The position numbers and the translations under genes were made by a program. From assembly GCA_002269645.1 (NCBI GenBank), contig NIVC01000067.1, forward strand, positions 1,054,001 through 1,118,000: 64,000 bases of DNA. The letters are read 5' to 3'. Position 1 is the stretch's first letter; each line of letters begins with the position of its first letter. This DNA is from Macrostomum lignano (Eukaryota). Shown one piece after another: positions 13,901-25,400 of the stretch. The notes below the pieces were generated by a model, which worked only from the letters and a program-made list of their open reading frames with translations, made no database searches and was not told where the DNA came from.

Positions 13901-16900
13901 TCAGTATAGCTACTATCCTGATAGACACGGCAGGGAGCTCAGTATAGCTACTATCCTGATATATATGGCAGGTAAGCAGGTAGGGTAGAGACTACTACCC
14001 GCCTTAACCACGTGATTGCTAGCAAATTAGCAATCCATTTAATCCCATCTTGTTCTTCCTATACCGGGCAGCTCGGCCAGCCTGCGAGCAGGTGTACAAC
14101 CTCTACCACAACACGGATCCCTGCTCGTTCCGGCTGGAACCGCTGCTAGCCGAAAGCTTTCGCTGGTTGGCGCCGGTCTCGCTGCCCAAATGCAGCCTGC
14201 TGCCGCATAATCAGCAGCAACAGCAGAAGCACCAGCTTCAGTTGCAGATGCAGCTGCAACACCTAGCCGAGTCCATAACTCTAGTTGAGACGCTGAACAC
14301 CTGTCCAGAGTTGCTGCAGTCAGAGGCATCGCATCTTCAGCCGCCTCCGCCGCCGCCGCCTCCACCGCCGCCGTCGCAACCTCCGGCCACAGCGCAAGAG
14401 CGAATCGGGTGCCGGCTATCTAGGCAGAACTCGGGCTCCAGCGGCTGTAGCGGTGGCGGAGTGGACGCCTCGCTACTGGAGCTCATGCAGGATGGTGAGA
14501 CAATCACTTTGTGTGGTCTATACTACGAGCGTAACTGAGAAAAGAAACATACGCTATTATGCTAATCTCGACTCAACTTTGTTTTATCAGCTCTTTTAAC
14601 CCGTCCCCGTCGCTTCTCTGCAACCCAAACCCTTCCGATTGTATTGCTTATCTGTTTGGGGGGTTTACTTCTTTGTAGCCCCGCACACAGATTTTATTGC
14701 CCCAACCTCTCACCCTGCGGGGTTAAGCCTCCGTCCTCTGTAGCCCCGCACACAGATTTTATTGCCCCAACCTCTCACCCTGGGGTGTTAAGCCTCCGTC
14801 CTCTCTGTAGCCCCGCACACAGATTTTATTGCCCCAACCTCTCACCCTGCCGGGTTAAATCTCCGTCCTCTCTGTAGCCCCGCACACAGATTTTATTGCC
14901 CCAACCTCTCACCCTGCAGGGATAAGCCTCCTTCCTCTCTGTAGCCCTGCACACATATTTTACTATCCCATCCACTATTATCATGTGCTGTAATTTACCA
15001 CAACTTTAGATAGCTCTTCTCCTCTAAAAAATAGCTGTCATTTTCAATGCTTGCTACTCAATTGAAATTAGGAAATTAGAATAATAATATTGCTGCCTGA
15101 CACGCACCCACAGTCTGCCAGCGCTGGTGGGGCGCCAGGCGGCTGGATTACAGCCTGCACTGCCCGGATTCGCTAACCAGATTCCCCGTCAACGCTATGC
15201 CACTGCTGTTCCACGCCAGCTATTGGGAGAGCGCCGACGCTGCCGCGTTTATTCTTCGACAGCAGATTCATGTGCCGTACGGCTCGGCTGGGCATCCGGG
15301 CGGCACATCCACGGCAGCTACATCGGTTAGAGCAGTTGATTCTTAAAAACATTTAGAATAGCTCGAATCATTTTGAGCTCGATTGTGATTGAAGATCTCA
15401 CCGATTACAGATGTACCAATCTGCCAGCAGTCTTGTCGGCGATGAAGAGCTTGATCTCGTTCGAGAATCGGGAAGTACTACACCCACTCCATACTCCGGT
15501 GCCGGCCTGTCTTTCATGTCAGCCGGCGGCTCCGAGGCGTCGGCGTCTGGAAAGAAACGCCTTCGAAGACGCTTGACTGGCGGGGTTCGATTGAAGGTAC
15601 TTTAATTTTATTTTATGAATTTTTCAAATATTATAATGATAGTTGCCTATTCGCCTACTGATATAAGCAGTAAGTAAATTATTTTTGCCTAATTTAATAA
15701 GACACAGAAAAAGCGATTTTTAAGTATTTTAGCTTATATAAAAACCGGCCTTTGAAGTTTGACTGGCGAGTGTCTTTGCTGGAGGGGCGATTATTGTAAA
15801 CACTTCACTGGCAGTAGCCAATAAAATTTGAAGCCCGAATAAATTATACTGTTGATTCTTAAATGGTTTATGTGTGCTAGTGCGACTACTGATCAGCGTA
15901 CTAAGTAGAGAAGTAGTCAATTTTTTCTACCTACTTTTTCTCTCAATTCTCTTCATGAAAACCAGTCCGCCTGTCTGCCTCATATTACTGTGGTAAGGAT
16001 CGCTATATGAGTAGTCAAGTTGGATTTATCCTGCCATAAAATTCTATTTGTTTTGTCGATGTTTTATGGCGTCGAGAGTAGCGAATGAGTTTTGTGCTAT
16101 TACAAAAACTGTGGTAAATTTAACTTCGCCTGCTCATTAAAATGCGCACCGTCTTTGTTGTTTATGTCTATATGTAGCTCTATGAGTCTTTGCTTGGGTC
16201 GCGTGGCTACCAGTGGTCCAGCACTCTGATACTGATGGCCTTCCGGTTGTAAAAAAATTCTTTCATTTTTAATAAAGATTCGCATCTTACTACTTAGATG
16301 AAGTAGTGCAATTTGAGAACGATTTTTTAAAGTAGTTTTTGTTTGTGCAATAAAACATTTTACTGTTGTATCGCATTGGTAGGGAGGCGCAGCAGTGTTA
16401 CATAATTTAAAGGCATTGTTATAAATCCATGCTATTGTTTAATTTCATTTGTTTCTAATTTGATTGCTACAAAATGCTTATATGCATTGTTAGCTTTTCT
16501 ACTATTGTAGTCCGGGTAGGTTAGCCTTCTCCAGCTTAGAACTCGATTATGAGTCGCTTTTATAAAACTTATCCAATCTTGCTATTTTTAGCACGCGACA
16601 GCCAATCACAGAGCGAATGACGTCATCGTGACGGAGGGCCAATCGCAGGTGGTGACAGCCAGGTTCATGTACGGACCGCTGGACATGCTGTCACTGTCCG
16701 ATGAAATTGTAAGTAAAGTGGAGACAGGACAGAGTAGGTTTAGAAGGAGTGCAGATAAAAGAGAAGTGATAAGATATGAGACAGTATATACGAATTAGGG
16801 GAGATAAGCCAGATGGGAGATAAGCCAGATGGGAGATAAGCCAGATGGGAGATAAGCCAGATGGGAGATAAGCCAGATGGGAGATAAGCCAGATGGGAGA

Positions 16901-19900
16901 TAAGCCAGATGGGAGATAAGCCAGATGGGAGATAAGCCAGATGGGAGATAAGCCAGATGGGAGATAAGCCAGATGGGAGATAAGCCAGATGGGAGATAAG
17001 CCAGATGGGAGATAAGCCAGATGGGAGATAAGCCAGATGGGAGATAAGCCAGATGGGAGATAAGCCAGATGGGAGATAAGCCAGATGGGAGATAAGCCAG
17101 ATGGGAGATAAGCCAGATGGGAGATAAGCCAGATGGGAGATAAGCCAGATGGGAGATAAGCCAGATGGGAGATAAGCCAGATGGGAGATAAGCCAGATGG
17201 GAGATAAGTCAGATGGGAGATAAGCCAGATGGGAGATAAGCCAGATGGGAGATAAGCAAGATGGGAGATAAGCCAGATGGGAGATAAGCCAGATGGGAGA
17301 TAAGCCAGATGGGAGATAAGCCAGATGGGAGATAAGCCAGATGGGAGATAAGCCAGATGGGAGATAAGCCAGATGGGAGATAAGCCAGATGGGAGATAAG
17401 CCAGATGGGAGATAAGCCAGATGGGAGATAAGCCAGATGGGAGATAAGCCAGATGGGAGATAAGCCAGATGGGGGATAAGCCAGATGGGAGATAAGCCAG
17501 ATGGGAGATAAGAGAGATTGGGTGAAATGAATTTCAAAGTAATTATTTGCGAAAGCAAACAGGCAACCTTGCCCTACCCCACCGCCTCCCCTCGGAGCAG
17601 ATCGACATCCATTCGCTGAGCCAGCCGCCCAGCGGAGACTGGACCTACCTGGGCAGCGGTCGGACGGACAGCCACGGCAAGTTGAGCTTCGCTCTGCCCA
17701 CCGATCGCCGCCTGCCGCTCGGCTCGCACACCTTAAAACTGGTTGCGAGGTCGGATCTCACCTGCGCCGATCTTAATCTGGCCGTTGTGCCGCCGAATAC
17801 GGAGTGCGTGGCCTTCTCTATTGATGGCTCCTTTGCCGCCAGCGTGTCACTTATGGGCGGCGACCCTAAGGTAAGCGTTTGTTATGGGTGCTCTGCTCAA
17901 TTAGGATGGTATAATGGCATGAGAAATCTCCCCGATTGAGATGGGATAATGGCATGAGAAATCTCACCAGTTGAGATGGGATAATGGCATGAGAAATCTC
18001 ACCAGTTGAGATGGGATAATGGCATGAGAAATCTCCCCAGTTGAGATGGGAAAATGGCATGAGAAATCTCACCTGTTGAGATGAGACAATGGCAGGAGAA
18101 ATCTCACCTGTTGAGATGAGACAATGGCAGGAGAAATCTCACCTGTTGAGATGAGACAATGGCAGGAGAAATCTCCCCGATTGAGATGGGATAATGGCAT
18201 GAGAAATCTCCCCAGTTGAGAAGGGATTATGGCATGAGAAATCTCACGTGTTGAGAAGGGATAATGGCATGAGAAATCTCCCCAGTTGAGATGGGAAAAT
18301 GGCATGAGAAATCTCCCCAGTTGAGAAGGGATAATGGCATGAGAAATCTCCCCAGTTGAGAAGGGATAATGGCATGAGAAATCTCCCCAGTTGAGAAGGG
18401 ATAATGGCATGAGAAATCTCCCCAGTTGAAATGGGATAATTTGGGAAAATGGCACCACGCCCGACTCGCTTGCCCATCAGGTCCGTCCCGGTTCAGTGGA
18501 CGTGGCCAGGCACTGGCAGGACCTGGGCTACCTGCTGCTGTACGTGACCGCCCGGCCGGACATGCAGCTGCGCCGGGTGCTTGGCTGGCTCGCCAGACAC
18601 AATTTTCCTCACGGCATGCTGTTCTTTGCCGACGGACTGTCGGCCGACGCAATGCGACAGAAGGCGGCCTGCTTGCAACGGCTGACGGCCCAGACTGGCC
18701 TGCGGCTGCACGCGGCCTACGGCTCGGCCAAGGACGTGCCGGCATTCAGGGCTGTGGGGGCCAGGCACGTGTTCGTTGTGGGCAGGGGCGGCAGGAAGTG
18801 GGCGGGACTGGCCACGGTGAGTTCTATGCTAATCGTCAGGTCCCCGCTTAGAGTGTCAGATCCCCGCTTAGACTGTCAGATCCCCGCTTACAGTGTCAGA
18901 TCCCCGCTTAGAGTGTGAGATCCCCGCTTAGAGTCTCAGATCCCCGCTTAGAGTGTCAGATCCCCGCTTAGAGTCTCAGATCCCCGCTTAGAGTGTCAGA
19001 TCCCCGCTTACAGTGTCAGATCCCCGCTTAGAGTGTGAGATCCCCGCTTAGAGTCTCAGATCCCCGCTTAGAGTGTCAGATCCCCGCTTAGAGTCTCAGA
19101 TCCCCGCTTAGAGTGTCAGATCCCCGCTTAGAGTGTCAGATCCCCGCTTAGAGTGTCAGATCCCCGCTTAGAGTGTCAGATCCCCGCTTACAGTGTCAGA
19201 TCCCCGCTTAGAGTCTCAGATCTCCGCTTAGAGTGTCAGATCCCCGCTTAGAGTGTCAGATCCCCGCTTAGAGTGTCAGATCCCCGCTTAGAGTGTGAGA
19301 TCCCCGCTTAGAGTGTCAGATCCCCGCTTAGAGTGTCAGATCCCCGCTTAGAGTGTCAGATCCCCGCTTAGAGTCTCAGATCCCCGCTTAGAGTGTCAGA
19401 TCCCCGCTTAGAGTGTCAGATCCCCGCTTAGAGTGTCAGATCCCCGCTTAGAGTGTCAGATCCCCGCTTAGAGTCTCAGATCTCCGCTTAGAGTGTCAGA
19501 TCCCCGCTTAGAGTGTCAGATCCCCGCTTAGAGTGTCAGATCCCCACTTAGAGTGTCAGATCCCACTGATCATCAGATCTTCATCAGTAAAAGTGTCAGT
19601 CCCCATGATCAAGTGTCAGATCCCTACCATAAAAGGGCCAGACCCCCATGATCAAAGTGTCAGATCCCCATCATCAAAGTGTCAGATCCCCATCATCAAA
19701 GAGTCAGATCCCCATCATCAAAGTGTCAGATTCCCATCATCAAAGTGTCAGATCCCTATCATCAAAGTGTCAGATCCCCATCATCAAAGTGTCAGATCCC
19801 CATCTTCTTAAAATAGTCAGATCCCCATCATCAAAGTGTCAGAACTCCATCATCAAAGTGTCAGAACTCCATCATCAAAGTGTCAGAACTCCATCATCAA

Positions 19901-20881
19901 AGTGTCAGAACTCCCATCATCAAATTAGTGTAAGATTTGCATCATCAAAGTGTCAGATCTGCATCATCAAAGTGTCAGATCTGCATCATCAAAGTGTCAG
20001 ATCTGCATCATCAAAGTGTCAGATCTGCATCATCAAAGTGTCAGATCTGCATCATCAAAGTGTCAGATCTGCATCATCAAAGTGTCAGATCTGCATCATC
20101 AAAGTGTCAGATCTGCATCATCAAAGTGTCAGATCTGCATCATCAAAGTGTCAGATCTGCATCATCAAAGTGTCAGATCTGCATCATCAAAGTGTCAGAT
20201 CTGCATCATCAAAGTGTCAGATCTGCATCATCAAAGTGTCAGATCTGCATCATCAAAGTGTCAGATCTGCATCATCAAAGTGTCAGATCCCCATCATCAA
20301 AGTGTCAGATCTGCATCATCAAAGTGTCAGATCTGCATCATCAAAGTGTCAGATCCCGATCATCAAAGTGTCAGATCCCCATCATCAAAGTGTCAGATCC
20401 CGATCATCAAAGTGTCAGATCCCCATCATCAAAGTGTCAGATCCCGATCATCAAAGTGTCAGATCCCCATCATCAAAGTGTCAGATCCCGATCATCAAAG
20501 TGTCAGATCCCCATCATCAAAGTGTCAGATCCCGATCATCAAAGTGTCAGAATCTGTCCAATCCCGCAGCCTCTGACGGACGGCTACGCTGCCCACTTGG
20601 CCAGCCTGCAGTCCGGCCATGAGAGCTCCCGCCCGGCCAGCGGCTCTGGCCGCGCCTTCTTCCGACGAGGCTGCTTCGGCCTCGCTTCGGCGACAGCGAC
20701 GTCGACGGCGGCGGCGGCGACGGTAGCGTCGACCTCAGCAGCTTCGCCAGCGCTGGGAGGCACCCGCCTCGATCCCAGCCGGCTGGCGGCCACAGCACGG
20801 GGCCCGGCCGCCTCGCCGCGCGGCTCCTCGCCGTTGATGGCGCCGCGCAGTCCGGCAGCCTCGCTGTTGAAAACCAAGTGA
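1966..20881 (+). CDS. PITPNM: Membrane-associated phosphatidylinositol transfer protein (PITPNM/Nir/rdgB family), 14 coding exons
   Basis: Exons 1966-2043, 6531-6663, 7888-8063, 9709-10107, 10798-11002, ~11737-12425, 12820-13039, 14072-14494, 15114-15325, 15411-15596, 16592-16708, 17601-17870, 18481-18816, 20570-20881, all GT-AG with matching phases. PITP domain ([33 protein letters not shown]; [15 protein letters not shown]; [18 protein letters not shown]), FFAT-like DEYFDA, GDSIGG, DDHD region ([16 protein letters not shown]; FHASYWES) and LNS2 domain ([14 protein letters not shown]; YVTARPDMQ). The exon 5 donor and exon 6 acceptor have in-phase alternatives. Confidence 0.95.
2660..3100. 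repeat. 16-bp minisatellite CATAGACAGGTTGKGT
   Basis: Direct reading. Reverse-complement degenerate copies at 3160-3360, 3650-3730 and 5175-5410. Confidence 0.9.
3367..3597 (+). mobile_element. tRNA-derived SINE family A, copy 1 (CORE/Nin-Deu-like central domain)
   Basis: B-box GGTTCGATT followed by CCCTTGAGCAAG..ACACTTAACTC..CACCCAGCTGTAAAATGGGTGCCAGC; a second copy lies at 4935-5167. Confidence 0.8.
4250..4460. repeat. Degenerate (GATT/GGTT)n microsatellite
   Basis: Direct reading. Confidence 0.85.
4935..5167 (-). mobile_element. tRNA-derived SINE family A, copy 2 (inverted)
   Basis: The reverse complement aligns over ~230 bp with 3367-3597 at roughly 90% identity by eye. Confidence 0.8.
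5505..5550. mobile_element. 46-bp micro inverted-repeat element with 14-bp TIRs and 8-bp TSD
   Basis: CACAGATACTATAT...ATATAGTATCTGTG flanked by GCCAGTAG at 5497-5504 and 5551-5558. Confidence 0.8.
6820..7850. repeat. 31-bp minisatellite GCATGGTGTCTATGGGGTGCCATTAATAATA with graded variants
   Basis: Direct reading; PITPNM intron 2. Confidence 0.95.
8300..9500. repeat. 16-bp minisatellite CATTCCAGACAGTGTA with recurring variant units
   Basis: Direct reading; PITPNM intron 3. Source of many spurious ORFs. Confidence 0.95.
10150..10520. repeat. 22-bp minisatellite TCACTCTGTGATCTTTATTGTT
   Basis: Direct reading; PITPNM intron 4. Confidence 0.95.
11050..11480. repeat. 30-bp minisatellite CTCAGAGGACGAGTGTCTCAAATGAGGTTA
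   Basis: Direct reading; PITPNM intron 5. Confidence 0.95.
12438..12600. repeat. 25-bp minisatellite TATCTGTCACTCTCGGATGCACATG
   Basis: Direct reading; starts ~12 nt after the intron 6 donor. Confidence 0.9.
13295..13970. repeat. 38-bp minisatellite CTACTATCCTGATAGACATGGCAGGGAGCTCAGTATAG
   Basis: Direct reading; PITPNM intron 7. Confidence 0.95.
14675..14955. repeat. ~66-bp tandem repeat, about 4 units
   Basis: TAGCCCCGCACACAGATTTTATTGCCCCAACCTCTCACCCTG recurs at 14676, 14741, 14808 and further on. Confidence 0.9.
16800..17512. repeat. Highly homogeneous 16-bp minisatellite GGGAGATAAGCCAGAT, ~44 units
   Basis: Direct reading; PITPNM intron 11. Confidence 0.95.
17905..18440. repeat. 35-bp minisatellite ATAATGGCATGAGAAATCTCCCCAGTTGAGATGGG
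   Basis: Direct reading; fills PITPNM intron 12. Confidence 0.95.
18835..20550. repeat. Compound minisatellite: 20-bp GTGTCAGATCCCCGCTTAGA grading into 22-bp GTGTCAGATC(CC/TG)CATCATCAAA
   Basis: Direct reading; fills PITPNM intron 13. Confidence 0.95.
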
Positions 20882-21139
20882 CAAACTTGTTTTATACGTT
20901 AATTATTGCCAGTGCATTTCCTAATTTACTTTCGAGTCTAGCTTGATTAAACTTATGGTGATTAATAATATCGCTACAAATTATATTTCTGCTGTTGCTT
21001 CTATGCAATTATATTACTATCTCTCTGTTTTACAAATCCGCTTTATACTAGATTGTAGATCTTCTTTTGGACTGCAAACCATCTTTTGCAAGCTGTTGCT
21101 TTTATGCTTTAGCACTTTCTTAGCCAAGTGATCCTATTG

Positions 21140-21720
21140 CTGATCTCAACCCTCACCCTATTTGCCAACAGTCACGTGATCCTAACCCTCACCCTATTTG
21201 CCAACAGTCACGTGATCCTAACCCTCACCCTATTTGCCAACAGTCACGTGATCCTAACCCTCACCCTATTGATCAACAGTCACGTGATCCTAACCCTCAC
21301 CCTATTGATCAACAGTCACGTGATCCTAACCCTCACCCTATTTGCCAACAGTCACGTGATCCTAACCCTCACCCTATTTGCCAACAGTCACGTGATCCTA
21401 ACCCTCACTCTATTGATCAACAGTCACGTGATCCTAACCCTCACCCTATTGATCAACAGTCACGTGATCCTAACCCTCACCCTATTGATCAACAGTCACG
21501 TGATCCTAACCCTCACCCTATTGATCAACAGTCACGTGATCCTAACCCTCACTCTATTGATCAACAGTCACGTGATCCTAACCCTCACCCTATTGATCAA
21601 CAGTCACGTGATCCTAACCCTCACCCTATTGATCAACAGTCACGTGATCCTAACCCTCACTCTATTGATCAACAGTCACGTGATCCTAACCCTCACCCTA
21701 TTGATCAACAGTCGCGTGAT
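21140..21720. repeat. 36-bp minisatellite AACAGTCACGTGATCCTAACCCTCACCCTATTGATC, ~16 units
   Basis: Direct reading. Confidence 0.95.
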
Positions 21721-22442
21721 TCTCGGCCCGAACCAGATTGATCAGCATTCTTTTTACCCAATTGAAGTTTTACTTTCATAGCTTGCTTCTAATTATTGAA
21801 TTAAATAGAGCCACAATTATAATCGAAAAATTCCTATTGCTGATACATTCTGCACTTCTTCGTCTACTTTTTTTCATTTTGCAAGCAGTATACCTACGCT
21901 AAAAACTTTGCAAGTCACGTCCTATTTTTGCATTTTACCGTCCATCTGAAATGCGTCGGATTAGTGTTTACAAGCAATAAATGTTTTTTTTGAGTTTCCT
22001 TTAGCAGCTGTTGTCAGTGATAGTCTTTTGTTATTTCAAAAATGCGTATTGTTCCTATTATTTTCCTGCTCGATTGTTTTAGCTTTCAAATAGATTCTCA
22101 AACAGCATAAGCTCTGTTGTATGAAAGAACTCGATATTAAAAGTTCTCTGCGGAAATAATCCAACTAATCTCTGTTGATAAAGTGTTTCTTCTTTATTAC
22201 TCAAAATTCATTGACGTCGCGGTTGCAGAAGATTAATATGACGCCATAGTTACTAAAACTTTTAATGGATTCAAATGGTCGTTTTGGTTACACGAAGCCA
22301 GATGACTTCATAGGTCATAGTTACACAAAGTGAATGTGACGTCATACGTGTATATATTACACATGTCTGCAGAAAGATAAAGTGATGTCACAAATGCAAT
22401 GACGCCAAAGTTGAAGGCGATGTTGTAAAACTGACGCCATAG

Positions 22443-25400
22443 TCAGCCGGTCGCGCTGTCCTCGGGCTCATCGAGGCTTTCGCTGGTGAGTTGCAGCAGA
22501 CGGCCCTGATGGCTGCCCGTCATTCTTGTCAGCGTAGCAATCAGGCAGCTGGCCGAGCCTGGCGACGGCTCTTCGCCCTCAGCCGAAGCCGTCGACCTGG
22601 CGTCTGGCGCCGCCTTCATCAGCCCGATCGGCAGCACCTCGGCGAACACAGCGGGACAGGGCTCGACGTCTCGACAGTCGGTGTCCTCCGCGCTGGTGCT
22701 GCTGCTGCGGACGCGGGAATCAATTGAGCCGTTTCTGGATTGTGCGAGATTAATTATAGACGGCCATTTTCAATGATTACGTAATCAATTAGCCAATGCA
22801 CCGAGCGATTTTTCGCATGATTCCAACTGGAAACAAGCCGACGATTCTTGTAGTGCATGGCTGATTCTTCAGTTGCTCTGCACATAGCTACATGTAGCTT
22901 TGAATTGTTTTTCTACATTTGTGCCAATTTATCAACTATTTCTGGGTAAATACGTCTGAATCTCGCGCCAGGATCCCTGGTTCGATTCCGTGCGATATAT
23001 TTCTTTTTCGGATACCAGAATACCACTTTTTTCGGTGGTTTCCGAGCTGCTCAGGGCAAAAATACAACCTACTCGTATTTGTTCACAAGCTGTTCAAGTT
23101 GTTTGATCAGGCTCAAAAGTCTTCTGTCTAGCTTAGCCGCAGCTCAGAACTGCTACCCAATCACAGCAACGTGAATTGTAGCTCAGCTTTGCCACTCGCT
23201 TCACTGTGGCTGCGTTGATTGAGGCGTGACGCAAGCAGTCAATTCTGTAGCTGCGTACGATCTACTAACCAGGGCCAACTCTGCTTAACTATCAGCGTTA
23301 AGGAAGTTGCAGTTCCTCAGAGTTTTAACATTGTATACATATGTATGTATTTTGCAGTTTTTGTGTGAAGTGGACGCTTCTGAACAACTTCTGGCAACAG
23401 TCAACCTGCAACCAGCGGACAAAATCCACGGACCCTCATTTATCACACCCAGTGCGCACAAATTTTGCCCTGGGAAGTCGCCCTTGTGAGCGCAAATTCC
23501 GTGGCAAACCCCAAATCAGTGCGTCTGCCTAGCGGATTAAAACCTGAGGATTATGGTACGAGGAATAGACAATCTGATGAAGCAGGCGAATTCGCTCACC
23601 CAATCAGCGTCCTCGCTCGCCGGTTGAACAGTCGCTGATACTCGGCCTCGTCAGCCAATGAGAGGCCATCAATCGCGAGTTCAACTGAGCCGCACTCTCG
23701 CCTGGTGTCGCCGTAGGCCTCGCTGAAGGCTGCTGAAGGCCTGGCTTGCCGAGATAGTTCGCAAGCCGCGGTACTGGCATAGTTCGGTTCCGCTTTCCCA
23801 AGCACCGCTTCATCTAGTTTCGGCGACCATTCGACTATGTCAAAGTTCGCTTCCGATTCCGCTTCCGGTTGCTGATATGGTTCCGAGTTGATTTCCGAAT
23901 CTTGTTCCAGATCGGCGTAGATTTCTAACTCCTGTTCGAGAGTTGCTTTCACGTCCGGTTCGAGTTGGTCTGCGTCTGTCTCCGGTTCCTGTTTGTGAAA
24001 ATTCACTTCCAGTTCGTATTGGTCTACGTTTACTTCCGATCCTGGCTCTGCTGATCGTTCTTGTTTCACTTCCGGTTCATGCTTGATTACTTCCGGTTTT
24101 ATATCCGCGTTCGTCGCTTCATCTTCAATCTCGCATGGTCCATTTGGCGTTTCAATGACAGGTTTTGGTGCAATGATAGCAGAATTTGGTGACTCTTTAT
24201 CCGTCGCCAAATTTGACAAAGAGTTTCGATGACCAACAGTCGCGGCGCTGGGCATCGGCGTTTGCGGCAGCTGATAGAGGCACTCGATCTGGCCAACCGT
24301 GAAGTCTTTGTTCTCCGCGCTGGTGCCGGCAACGCCAGTGGATCTCCCGCCAGCCACCCGCGGCCAGCAGAGAAACTCCCGCAGCCGGGTCGGCAGGGCG
24401 AGGCGAAGTCGGTGGCTGCCGCTTCGCCTGAGCCGGCGGCTTGGCGATGCCCTGCTGGAAAGACGAACAGTACAAAAGGGATGTCATTAGGGGGGGCGTA
24501 GCCCAGCGGTAGCGCAGCTGCTCTGGTGTGCCAGCGACCCAGGCTCGATTCCAAGTGCAGTCACATTAATTTGGGGCTGAATTGGAATCTCGGCTTGGCT
24601 CTGCTCGTGCAATTAACGGCCTTGAGAGCCAACCCCCCAAGGCGCAGTGAAGTGTACATGCCTAACGATAATATAAAGTTAGGGCCGCTGTACACTCCTG
24701 TGTGAGTGTGTGCCTGCGTACGTATCCGCGCGCTGGTATGCCTGCTCAGGGGAGTCGGCGGAATGCGCAGTAATGCCTCTCGCCGGTTGTGTGCCTATGT
24801 CGCTTAATGTGCGCCAGGGTCCACACAACCCCCTGCCTCTAATAAAAAAAGGGATGTCAGCTTAAGAAAAATAGTGGAGCCCGAAGTTTATGTGGCCCGT
24901 GCACTAAAATTGCACAGGCTTCTGCTCAATTCACAACCATGAGGGCAAGGCCCCAAGGCACAGAGAGTGTACATGCCAGACGATTAGAAAGCCATCAAAG
25001 CCGCTGTACACCCTGTGTGAGCGCGTGTATGAGTGCGTGTCTGCGTGTAGTATTGACGCGCTTTTATGTGCTCTCAGGAGTCAGCGGAATCGCATCAGCG
25101 CTGGTTGTAGGACAAGGTCGCGGAAAGCATTGCGCCAGGGTGCTCACAGTCCTATGAATATTGATTTTAAAGCACCAGGCCAAACCGACTGTGAGCTTCT
25201 ATACGCGTGTCCGAAAGTGCAAGTACACACACCTTATCAACGGCCCCCTTATTATCTTGAATTGTCAACTGCAAGTACACACCTTATCAAGGGCCCCCTT
25301 ATTATCTTGAATTGTCAACTGCAAGCACACATCTTATCAACGGCCCCTTATTATCTTGAATTGTCAACTGCAAGTACACACCTTATCAACGGCCCCCTTA

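Noticed and set aside
16740-21781. Long repeat ORFs ([34 protein letters not shown])
   Set aside because: Stop-free frames of minisatellites; the true PITPNM exons splice around them.
22940-23270. tRNA-like GGTTCGATTCC and an imperfect inverted repeat
   Set aside because: No cloverleaf could be built. Probably a SINE head or MITE relic, but there is no second copy or TSD in the window.
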